DNA from: the human T2T-CHM13v2.0 reference genome, Homo sapiens
Length of the DNA stretch: 64,000 bases
NCBI RefSeq assembly: GCF_009914755.1
Contig: NC_060935.1
Reading direction: 5' to 3' (one strand)
The notes beneath the pieces are model-generated. The model was not told the origin of the DNA. It worked only from the letters and a program-made list of their open reading frames with translations, and ran no database searches. The translations under genes and the position numbers were made by a program. This document shows positions 23,143 through 40,431 of the stretch, piece after piece. Positions within the stretch are counted from its first letter, which is position 1. The number at the start of each line of letters is the position of its first letter.

Positions 23143-23355
23143 AGATCATGGTTTCTTAACCTCAGCACTATTGACTTTTGCACTAAGTAATTCTTTGTTG
23201 TAGGGACTGTTCTATGCATTGTAGATGTTTAGCAGAATCCTTAGTCTTTACCCAGTGGCATCTGAACTATTCTGACAACCAAAAACATCTCTAGGTGGTG
23301 CCAATGTTCCTAGAGGCAAATACCCCCAAACTCCCCCCCAATGAAAATCAGTGTC
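23143..23355 (+). mobile_element. MER20 (hAT-Charlie) fossil
   Basis: 'ggtttcttaacctcagcactattgac...gcattgtagatgtttagcag...tgacaaccaaaaacatctc' matches MER20 as recalled. Confidence 0.75.
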
Positions 23356-23531
23356 TTAGATTACTGGAGTAATTTTATAAAGTGTAGAATCCTAGAAAAG
23401 GAAGACATATATTTACATATATTAAAGGGGCTAGGAAATGTGCATTTAATGGGCTAAACTTGGCTTGTGCATATTCTATACAGTAAAAAAAAAAAGATTT
23501 TAACAACCCCCCCCCCCCTTTTTTTAAACAG

Positions 23532-23596
23532 CATTTGCTGACGCTGCTGTAGAACCTATTGATTTTCCAATTGCTCCTGTATATGCTGCATCTATG
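23532..23596 (+). CDS. ACAT1: ACAT1 exon 10 (AFADAAVEPIDFPIAPVYAASM)
   Basis: acag| and |gtgaga; 65 nt. Confidence 0.97.
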
Positions 23597-24640
23597 GTGA
23601 GAACAAAGTGAGGGGCGATACTCCATTATGCTAGCTTCTGGTTTGCTTATACCAAGGTTGCAGTTTTTAAGATTTTAAATGTTATCTGCCAAAGCAGAGA
23701 GATAGCTTGGTTTCAAATCTTCCCATGTCTTCTCCTGAAAAGAGTAAGAGCAACAAGGATAACAAACAAAAAAAAAAAAATAAAGAACAGCTCACAAACT
23801 ACATCTTCAGTAGAACAGGTAAAACTACACATCTGAATTACTTGTAAGTATCATACAGAACTCACACACCTGGTGTGGTAACCACAAAGCGGAGGGAATG
23901 CTGGCTGATGGTTCCAGATCTAGAATGGAAAGCAACTAGTCACTCCCCAGGAGAGGACTCCATTCTGAAAGGGAACAGCTGGCAGCAGGTCTTCAGAGTA
24001 AATAGTAAAACTAGAGACAGAAAACCTACATATTCCAAATTGTCAGTAAGGGCTATCCAAGTCTCAGTGGGAAATTGCTAAGCAGTCACAGGAAAAGAAA
24101 GTTTTAGGGGTTCAGGGTTCTTAGAAATCTTAAGTAAATATTTCCTTTTGAGAGGGCCTCACCCTGACAGTAAACTTCTGTAAGCACCCAGATAAAAAAA
24201 ATTGCAGAATTTTAGTAAAATCAGATTCTCCCCACTGCCCCCAACCCCCGCAATGAAAAAAAAACTGCAGAATCAGTAGGAAACAAGAATAGAGAAGATC
24301 AGAAACAAGGGGCCAGTGGAGTGATGATCTGCTCAGAGCTAGCAGATCTCAGAAAATGAAAGGAACACGCAGCTTCTGAAAGTGAGTAACATCACGTTGG
24401 AAAGCAAGGGTAATAAACAATTCTGGATTCTGAAGGTAGAATAACTTCTGAGAGCTACAGACATAGCTATATATGGGTACCATATTTTGTTTTGTGTTGT
24501 TGGAACAGTGGAAGCTGTTTGAGCTGTATAGGCTAGAAAGCTACCCTTAGTCCACTAGTAGAAGAGAGGAAGATGGAGGAAGAGTTCCACGTTAATTTTA
24601 TTATCGCTCACAACAATCAAATTTCTTCTGTAAAGAAAAA

Positions 24641-24686
24641 GGGCACTCACTAGTAATGTTTTAGGGCACTCACTAGTAATGTTTTA
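24641..24686 (+). repeat. Perfect 23-bp tandem duplication
   Basis: gggcactcactagtaatgtttta twice. Confidence 0.95.
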
Positions 24687-25309
24687 AAAAGTATTAGCAT
24701 AGGGATAATCACTGGCACAAATACACCTTCCTGCATAGCTGAGGAACTACCAAAACAAAACAGATCATATAGTGTAAGATTTTAAATAAATGACTTACAA
24801 TGAAACTGCAACAGATGTAAATATCTGTGGCCCAGATAACCCTACAGTAACATTTATAAAGCAGAAACTGCAGGGGATGCATTAATATCACTAATATTAG
24901 AAACTAATATACCTCTTTCATTAACAGTCAAGAACATAGAAATGGCTGGGTGCAGTGGCGCTCGCCTGTAATCCCAGCGCTTTGGGAGGCAGATCGCTTG
25001 AGCCTGGGAGGTCAAGGCTGCAGTGGGCCATGACTGTGCCATTCCACTTCAGCCTGGGTGACAGAGCAAGACCCTGTCTCAAAATAAATCAACAACAACA
25101 AAAAAGAATATAGAACCAAGCAACACACAATCAGTAAAGCAGAGCTTAAGAATATATAAAGCATTATGTGCCCCTAAATAGAAAATGTACCTTTTCAAAT
25201 ATCTGTGGAAAGAAAATCAAATTTTCTGTCCCCTATGTCAAAACAGACATAATGCAAACAAAATTCTTTGATATAATGGAATAAGATGAGCAACTAAAAA
25301 TCTGAAAAT

Positions 25310-25908
<599 letters not shown>

Positions 25909-26164
25909 TAGGTAAAAATAATAACTATATCTAGGTTAAGAGCTGCCTTTGTGTTTCTAGCTAAACTTAAAACTGCTTCATAATTCCCATTGCTCTTAAG
26001 TTTTCCTTCCTACCCATCTTTCATAAGGCAAAAACCATTTCTGATAGATGGTATCCAATACTGAACAGAGACCTGTCACATCTGTTATTTGAAACCTAAT
26101 AATGTTTTATGCTGAAGAAGAAAAAGTGTACATTTAGACTTTTTACCCCCTTTTTCTCCTTCCT

Positions 26165-26719
<555 letters not shown>

Positions 26720-26791
26720 CTAGTAAGGTTTTCAAGAAGTTAAATTGGAATAGAAACATTTTGGTTAGTCATAAATTCTGTACTTCATTAA

Positions 26792-26938
<147 letters not shown>

Positions 26939-27103
26939 ACAACCTCTGCTATTTAAGGAGACAACCCTATGTGACCAGAAGGCCTGCTGTAATCAGTGTG
27001 ACTACTGTGGGTCAGCTTATATTCAGATAAGCTGTTTCATTTTTTATTATTTTCTATGTTAACTTTTAAAAATCAAAATGATGAAATCCCAAAACATTTT
27101 GAA

Positions 27104-27115
27104 ATTAAAAATAAA
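27104..27115 (+). terminator. ACAT1: ACAT1 polyadenylation signals (ATTAAA then AATAAA)
   Basis: ATTAAA 27104-27109 and AATAAA 27110-27115, about 170 nt after the stop, followed by T-rich sequence. Confidence 0.75.
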
Positions 27116-28433
27116 TTTCTTCTTCTGCTTTTTTCTTGGTAACCTTGAAAAGTTTGATACATTTTTGCATTCTGAGTCTATACTTATCGAAATATGGTAG
27201 AAATACCAATGTGTAATATTAGTGACTTACATAAGTAGCTAGAAGTTTCCATTTGTGAGAACACATTTATATTTTTGAGGATTGTTAAAGGTCAAGTGAA
27301 TGCTCTTTATAGGTAATTTACATTTAGTAAATTACGGTAAATTAAATTACTTCTCTTTACAGTAAGAGTTGGCTATTCTGGACAAACTAGCAGTGCTTCA
27401 TATAATCACTCAAACCACAGTGTGTGCAGCAGTACTAGAAACAAGACAGAAGCCCATGTCCTCAGGGTCTAGAGTGGGGGCAATTTCTTATAACCTCAAC
27501 ATTCAGGGTTGGGGGAGGTCAAGCAGAAAACCCTGGAGTTTGGGCTCTGAATTACTATAGCAGCATAGAGAGTGGGAAGGGAGGTAGAAACTGATATGCT
27601 GAATGGATATATAAAAAAGGGAACAGATCACCACTTCCAATACACGACAATGCCTGTTCTTAAGCAGGACAGACTGTAACAGAAGTATCTCGCATTGCAT
27701 TTTATCTGGGAAAAAATTAATTAATTAAAACGCTACAGGCAGGGGCTATGCACACTACCCTCAATTGCAGCTCTGAAGAGGGAAAACTCCCCCTCAGGAA
27801 GAGGAGGGGGCAGTAAAGGTCATTGTGTACACATTATCTGTTGGCAAATAATGTATTGTAGATCTTTTGAAGGAGCAAAATGACAATATATGGGAGAAAT
27901 AGATTAGATTGCTCTTCAGATTCAGAGGAAGAGTAGAGTATTTTCAAAAACATCTGTAATCATCACCAACTTTTGAGGCTTGTTATGTGCTTTATATGTA
28001 TAAACTCATTTAATTGTCACAAAAACTTCTAAGAGTGGGTACCATTATTATCCCTCCTTTATAAACAAGGAAATTGAGGCATAGAGTAGCTAAATAAATT
28101 CCAAGGGCAAAAAGCTGGCTAGGATTCAACTCCAAGTTAGTCAAGCTCCAGAGCCCACGTTCTTAACTTACTATGCTTTAGTTAAATGCCTTTCAATAAT
28201 TATCTGCCCCGACTTACAAAAACTTCTAACTGAACCAGGAGCTGGATAAGATATAGGAGAAAAGGAAACCCAAAACATGAGAATACTTCATTGAAGATAA
28301 GCAGAAACTAACATTGCATCCAAAGGTCATTGATCTGGAAAACATCTGAGAAGTGCTCTGACAATTCTGGGAAAAAATGGAAAAGAGAGAAGAAACAGAG
28401 AATCAAGTAAGTAGGTTTTTTAATTTGTTTTAA

Positions 28434-28997
<564 letters not shown>

Positions 28998-29371
28998 CTA
29001 AAGAGCATATTTTATTGGCAAAATTAATTAGCAGAAAATCATACTAAGACATTCTGGAGAAAATGTATTAAATTCCTCTAACATCTAGTTAGAAAAATAG
29101 GTAGCCACAGTTCTTATTTCTATTACATTCAATCCAAGAAAACAAGTGACAGGACATCTAACTGTTTTTAATGAAACAAAATAAGATACTAAAAGGTGTG
29201 TCTCAAACACAGAAAAGTTTAGAAAATAAAGTACTCTGATGTTTCCTCCAAAAATGACAAAGGTTTAGGCAAGCCCATGGAATGAAGAATTAAGAATTCA
29301 GTTAGGTGAAAGTTTCTAATTTTTTAAATGACTGCTTAAGGACTGGCTGGGGAAGAAGGAAAGGTAGTGGT

Positions 29372-30230
<859 letters not shown>

Positions 30231-30596
30231 TTCAAGGTTACAGTGAAATGATCCTGCCACTGTACTGGGGGACAGAGGGAGACCTTGTCTCTTAAACAAA
30301 GAAAAGAAATACCATTTACTTTCTGGTTCTCTATTTTTTCTCTTCCTTTCCATTTTTTCCCCAGAATTTTCAGAGCACTTTTCAAATGTTTTCCAGATCA
30401 CCAACCTTTGGATGCACTACTTACCTTCAGTGAAGTATTCTAAAATATGTTGAGTTTCCTTTTTTCCTTGTATTTTCCTTTTTTTTCTTGTGTTTTACAC
30501 CTACCTCCTGGTTTCCCTTGGCCTTTACATGGTGAAATATCGGTAACATGTTATCTTTATCTGCTAAATAAAGGTAAACGCTAGTAGGACAAGTTC

Positions 30597-30839
30597 TGAG
30601 ACTGCCCTCACGGGACTTACAAGAATTGCATGCTGGGTCCTGGACAGAAATATAGTTATAACTAGGCACTAAACAGGCTGCACCTTGGCCCACTTCCTAA
30701 ACCCTCGGGGAGAGATTTGAAGTTTCCTCCAGTCTCCTCATTCGGTGGCCCTGCAATTAAACATCTTTCTTTGCTGCAGCCCAGGGTCTTACATACTGAC
30801 TTGTCATGCACAATGGGCAATGGACCTGTTATGGTTACA
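30597..30839 (+). mobile_element. LTR26-like ERV1 solo LTR, internally deleted
   Basis: TG...CA termini, 4-bp TSD GTTC, 'caagaattgcatgctgggtcctggacagaaatatagttataa'. Confidence 0.7.
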
Positions 30840-30900
30840 GTTCCATATCTTAAGTTACTATAAGACAACAGCTTTAAAATCCAATTATAAAGTAAAAAGA

Positions 30901-31223
<323 letters not shown>

Positions 31224-31339
31224 AAGGGTTGCATGTATCATAAATTATGAGAAGGCAGAAACTGTTAAAATGGGGAAAGAACTACTTTTTATGATGGTCT
31301 ACTTTGTACTTTTTTTTTTGGCAGAAAAAAAGCCAAAGC

Positions 31340-34520
<3,181 letters not shown>

Positions 34521-34913
34521 ATTAATAAAGCAAGACCATCCCTACATAACAGCAATAACCAGTTAAAACTATGAAATGAAGAGCTTTCTAAAAATAGTAA
34601 CAAACAAAAACATCCAGTTTAGCAAGAAATTTCTGATAGGGATAACTATAACACTTTGATACATACCATATGATCGTTACCCTTTGCTTCTTTATGAATT
34701 AGCTTATGACATTAATGTAGTTCAAATATTCCAATAGAAATTTAACCTGAAATAATTCAAGTGATTCTAAAGTTCACCAGGAAGCATAAAAGGGTGAATA
34801 CTTGAAAAAACAAAAACAGTAACAGTGGACACAAAAGTTATAATGATTTAATCAGTGGCACAGAATAGACGATACACATACCATATAGTGTGTATATATG
34901 TGTGTACATTTAA

Positions 34914-35210
34914 TACAAGTCCAAAATCTTTGATCATACACACCTTTGGGGTTAGCTGGGGTTCATAAATCAGAATATTTTGGATTTCTAAAAAATAACT
35001 CAAATGTATGCACCATATGCCCCCCAGTTGAGTCTGGAACAGCAGACTAATCAACATTACTATAAATGAGATAAAGACTGTTAAGTAGCCTCGTGTCATT
35101 TCAGGTCAGGTTTGCCACAGAATGAGTTCTGATGTTAAATCTAGGGGAAAAAAATTGGTTGCCGGAACCTTTTGGGTTTTAGAATTGTGAATAAGAGATT
35201 GTTAATCAGT
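34914..35210 (+). mobile_element. MER46C-like TcMar-Tigger fossil
   Basis: TA-flanked, decayed terminal inverted repeats, internal 'cagaatattttggattt' and 'tcaggtcaggtttgccac'. Confidence 0.55.
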
Positions 35211-35732
35211 GTAGGATAAGACAGACATCTTAAATAAATGAGCAGGGGAAAGGAAAGCTTATCTGAACAAACTGTGCAGTGGTTAAATTGTCAAGTGAAC
35301 AAATTGTCAAGCAGTTAAATATTTAGGGAAAAAATGTACATTGACCCTTTTTTCATATCAGGTACCAAAACAAGTAACAAATGGATTAGGAGCTAACTCC
35401 TAATTTTACCAAATCAGGAAACACAAACCTAGAAACAGGTGATGATATAGGTGAATATGCCTCTGGAAATGGATAAGCATATGCTATGCAAAAAAATGAC
35501 AATTTGCTGGTAGAAATGTAAATTGACGCAAGTTTAATAGCAGCATATGGCAAAATGTACTGAGATCCTTAAAAAAAGGTACACTAACTTCTTGATTTGG
35601 TAATTCTACTCTCTAAAATTTCTAAGGAAATAGTTAACATAAACAAATGTTTATAAAAATGCTCACTGCTGTTTTTGTTTGTAATAGCTAAAAAAAGGAA
35701 AAAGCTTTATATTATTGGAAGTAAAAGCAGCA

Positions 35733-36072
<340 letters not shown>

Positions 36073-36749
36073 AGCATTAGGAAGCTATATGTACCATGTG
36101 TTCAACAATGTAGATACAAATTTACGAAAAAAAGACAAAAGTATGACAAAATGATAACATTTATAAAAAGAAAAAAGTACACAATGAGTCCATTGCTTAA
36201 AGGAAGCAGCAAAATAACTAATAATAAAGTCAAAACTTATGTAATTTCAGAAAGCTGGGCCTGAGCCTAAAAGATGATGACCAGAGAAAGGATGAATGCA
36301 GAATATATAGTAATATGCTTTTGAAATTACTCCTAATAGTCATGACATGTAGCCTTTGCATGAATGCTGATGGATGCTTTTCTTATGCGCAATTTCAACA
36401 CACTATAGTTCTAATATATCCAGGGCTAAATCTGTAACAAGATTTTACTTAACAACACTTCTCAGATTTGGCATACACTGACTGCATTAACCTCTAAGTA
36501 ATATCCAAACAACAGACTGGATCCTCATATGTAATTATAAAAACAGCCATGGATTGTTGTAGTATACATCAACCCTGAAATGCAGTCACTGGGCATTTAA
36601 GTATTCAAATAGGTTACCAGGTACAATAGTATAATTAAGTTCAGGACCTGTGGACTTTTAAGGTAAAATGGGGATATGATTTTGCTCTTGAACATAAAAG
36701 CTCCAAGTACAAGTTATCTTTCAACTTTACTTAGCAGTTCCTGGTTAGT

Positions 36750-38494
36750 TAACTATGAATCTTGAAGAAAGTAAACTTATTTTATTTGTATATGAATTTT
36801 CAGTGCTTAGTACATACAACTATGAATTGAATAAGAAGAAAACTGTGATTTTCAGCATTGTACAAACTCCCAAAAAGAACTGACTTGCAAAGGAATTTAA
36901 TCAGTTTCTAAACAAGACTGCCAATGTAAAGTAATTCAAACTTTTGAAGTTAATGAAAATATTTATTCAAACCTAACTGTAGTACAGTCTCAAGCTGAGT
37001 TAAATAAACATTAACTATATGATATTTAGTTCCTTAGGAATAGACCACTGCCACACCATACAAATTTCTTACATCACAAGTTTTTGCAGTAAGGTTCAGC
37101 AATTAAGAAGACATGATTTCTACACTGAGAAATGTTGTGTTAAAGTTGGATGGATTTATTTTTTTAAAGGCCCAGTACAAAAAAATGGTTGAGGAAAGTG
37201 ACTCTTCAACAAAATATACACCTGTAGAAAAAAATCCCTAATATACTGATATTTAATTGAACGGAAAGTACTAAAGAGAACATACTTTAATATCTAGGCA
37301 CAATTGGTCAGGTACTAATTATAATTTCTGTTCTCATTTAAAAGTTTAAACCAATTCTTCAACTGGACTGATGTGTGTGAGTCTAATACAGAGAAGGCAC
37401 CTCTCTCATCTCTCACTCTCCTTAAGGACCTTTTGAGAGAAACTCTTTGTAACACTTTAAGGGACACAGACAATGCACTATATCTAAGTATAGATATAGT
37501 TATTTAACATACCCATTGTAGGAGAAACTAAAATATAAAACTATGATTTCTCTTTTTACATCTTATGATGGACACAACACCAGAAGATAATCCTCCACAT
37601 AAACTCTCACATAGAACACAAGATTTAAATTATATGTGCATTGGTCACTACAATGTAAAGAGTTCTATGAATTAGTGCAATTCTTTAAATCCCCAGCATT
37701 TAGGGGAAAAGTACATACCGAGAAATCTCTACTACAAACCAAAATTTTATGGCTCAATAGTCTAACCACTTAAAGTTCTGTAAAAAATCTTAAGTTATAA
37801 ATGAAAGATCAGAACATTCAATAAATGGTTTACAAAATTCTCTCTTTAAAACAAAGAGAACAGAGTGATCAGAGTAGGTAAAGTGTGAAATTCCAGAAAT
37901 ATAATACTTACAGCAATTATAAGAAAGGGGTAGTAATTCACTCTAGGAAAAAAACTCATCAAACTGTTGATTTCTAATTAGATATTTTGCTATCAGTTGA
38001 GGTGGTTATTATTTTGTAGTACTTAGTGATTGTGTATTTAAATGTCTTATTGAATAGTTACTGAAGGTAATTTATAAGAATAAGCATCATTTTCCTCCAA
38101 AACAAGTGAGAAACTATTCCAGATGAGTAAGTCTCAGAATTAGGGATCATAAGAAGTCAAAAAACACAGTGTAAGAACATTAGGTTGATTTAACCTCTAT
38201 TTCAACAAGATTTACACAGTATTTACAATATGGAATTGTCAAAGCTATACAGTTTTGCAGATTGGCTTTACTTACATTTCTGCAAACGTTTTTCCCAAAA
38301 TAAAAATATACCAAGTAAGTCTATTTACAAACTAGGAAGCTGTTTCAGAAACAGCATGATTTAGATATAAAGTGAAGTTTCAGTACAATGAAAGTGCAGG
38401 TCATGCTTTCAGATTCTGTCAATATCCCATTCCCTACACTCAGTTTAAGGGATATGAGTTTTTAACACCTACTGTTCTTATGTGTCCAGAATGT
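36750..38494 (-). other. NPAT: NPAT 3' UTR with candidate poly(A) signals
   Basis: Repeat-free AT-rich sequence after the stop; minus-strand AATAAA at 37155-37160, 36962-36967 and 36781-36786. The true end is uncertain. Confidence 0.7.
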
Positions 38495-38572
38495 TTACTC
38501 ATCATAATGCAATGATAACAAAAATTTGTCTACATCCATTCCTGCTGGAAATGAACTGGGAAGCTTCTTTTT
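38495..38572 (-). CDS. NPAT: NPAT last coding exon (18): KKKLPSSFPAGMDVDKFLLSLHYDE*
   Basis: Recognisable NPAT C-terminus; acceptor ttcaacag|; TAA at 38497-38495; 78 nt. Confidence 0.96.
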   Translation of the reverse strand, partial: KKKLPSSFPAGMDVDKFLLSLHYDE

Positions 38573-38929
38573 CTGTTGAAAAAGAGAAAGAAAAAATAAA
38601 CTCAAAACAAGGCCAAAATGCTTTCTTAGTAAGTCACCTAAAACAGTATATTGGGTTCTTTCACATACTACTAAAATTGTCAAACTTTTTTAGTCTATTA
38701 GAATTTTACTTCTATAGAGAAGTAGAGACAAGTTTTATAAACCCAAAGTTACTTAAATATACTTCAATGGCACCTGAATGTTAGTTTATGGCAAAAGACA
38801 TGATACAAATCCAGAGTGTCTGAATGTTGAATGAGACAAGATAGAACATGCTTTCTATGTTAGGTGGTTATTACTGCTTAGAAAGCTTTACTAACAGATG
38901 TTTAGGGTTACAGGTACTTATCAGTTCCA

Positions 38930-39140
38930 AAACTTAATATACACTAGATACTTTATGTATACTACATTTAGACTTCACAACCTAAGATACCTGGTAATAT
39001 CATGTCAAGTGATGAGGCTGAGACTCAGAAAGGCTACAGACTTAACCATGATCACAGGACCAATAAGCAGTAGATGCAGGATTCAAACCCAGACTTGTAG
39101 GGCAACAAAGCCTAAATTATTTCCCTGATACCATACTTCC
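38930..39140 (+). mobile_element. MIR, old and diverged
   Basis: MIR core 'gatgaggctgagactcagaaagg...atcacag...ggattcaaacccagac'. Confidence 0.75.
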
Positions 39141-40293
39141 TCTATGATATTTTAAGCACTTTCTTTCTATTCAATCCACTTACTAAACAGCTAACCAAAT
39201 CGAAAATAAATGGATTTCATTTATCAATGCTATCCCTGCACTGCCTTCCTAGAGACAACCATGCTTAAATAAAAAACATAAGGCCAGGCGCAGTGGCTCA
39301 TGCTTGTAATCCCAGCACTTTGGGAGGCCAAGGTGCGCAGATCACTTGAGCTCAGGACTTCAAGACCAGCCTGGGCAACATGGCAAAAGACTGTCTCTAT
39401 AAAAAAAAAAAACCAGAAAAAATGACCAGGCGTGGTGGCTCATGCCTGTAATCCCAGCATTCTGGGAGTCCGAGGTGGGTGGATCACAAGGTCAGGAGTT
39501 CAAGACTAGCCTGGCCAACACGGTGAAACCCCATCTCTACTAAACATACAAAAATTAGCTGGGTGTGGTGGCAGACACCTGTAATCCCAGCTACTCAGGG
39601 GGCTGAGGCAGGGAATTGCTTGAACTCAGGAGGCGGAAGTTGCAGTGAGGCAAGATCACGCCACCGTACTCTAGTGGGTAACAGCGCAAGACTCTGTCTC
39701 AAAAAAAAAAAAAAAAGGAAAAAATATTAGCCAGATGCAGTGGCGCATGCCTGTAGTCCCAGCTACTTGGGAAGCTGAGGTAGGAGAATCACTTCAGCCT
39801 GGAAGGCGGAGGCTGCAGTGAGCCAAGATCGTACCATTGCACTCCAGCCTGGGCAACGAGAGTGAAACCCTCTCTCAAAAAAATGGAAAAACATACGTAA
39901 ATTTGATTTTTCCACTGCTCTAATATGCTAACATTTTTAAGGGCCTATGGAAGAGATTACAAGACGTGGGGGAAAAAAAAAACTGAAGATCTAAGAACAA
40001 AGTCATTTATTACTTGGTAGTTCTACACAATAGTGTTTAATATTGTTTCCCAATCTTTCATGACTATGTCACGCTCATGAAAAAACTTGAGTTCTACCAA
40101 GAAAGAAAGAAAAACTTTTTTTTTCCCCCGGAAAGATGTTTATAAACAAATGCCTCAGCAGTTTTTCCTGAAAATGCTGTTTCACCTAGACACCTTGTGC
40201 GTACTACACTAACACTGCTGGACTGCTTTGTTGCCCTACAAGTCTGAGTTTGAATCCTGCATCTACTGCTTATTGGTCCTGTGATCATGGTTA
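39043..40293. repeat. 69-bp inverted repeat (arms 39043-39111 and 40225-40293; 68/69 identical)
   Basis: Direct base-by-base comparison. Also visible as the shared peptide TMITGPISSRCRIQTQTCRATK in ORFs 38898+ and 40094-. Confidence 0.97.
39282..39882 (+). mobile_element. Nested Alus: an AluS inserted into the A-rich linker of an older Alu
   Basis: Left arm ~39282-39412, full Alu ~39425-39716, right arm ~39728-39882. Confidence 0.88.
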
Positions 40294-40431
40294 TGTATTT
40301 TGTCAATGAAAACTAAAAGCTGTCTTAGCCATAACGTTCAGTCAAGTTGTTGTGGCAAGAACTGCTGAATTCGCTAATCACTAAAGCGGAAAAAAAAGGT
40401 GTGGTTTTGAAATTAAAACTTTCAAACTTGC

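Noticed and set aside
38898-40306. Two ORFs sharing TMITGPISSRCRIQTQTCRATK as a possible duplicated micro-gene
   Set aside because: The shared peptide is a by-product of the MIR-derived inverted repeat. There is no promoter or splice support.
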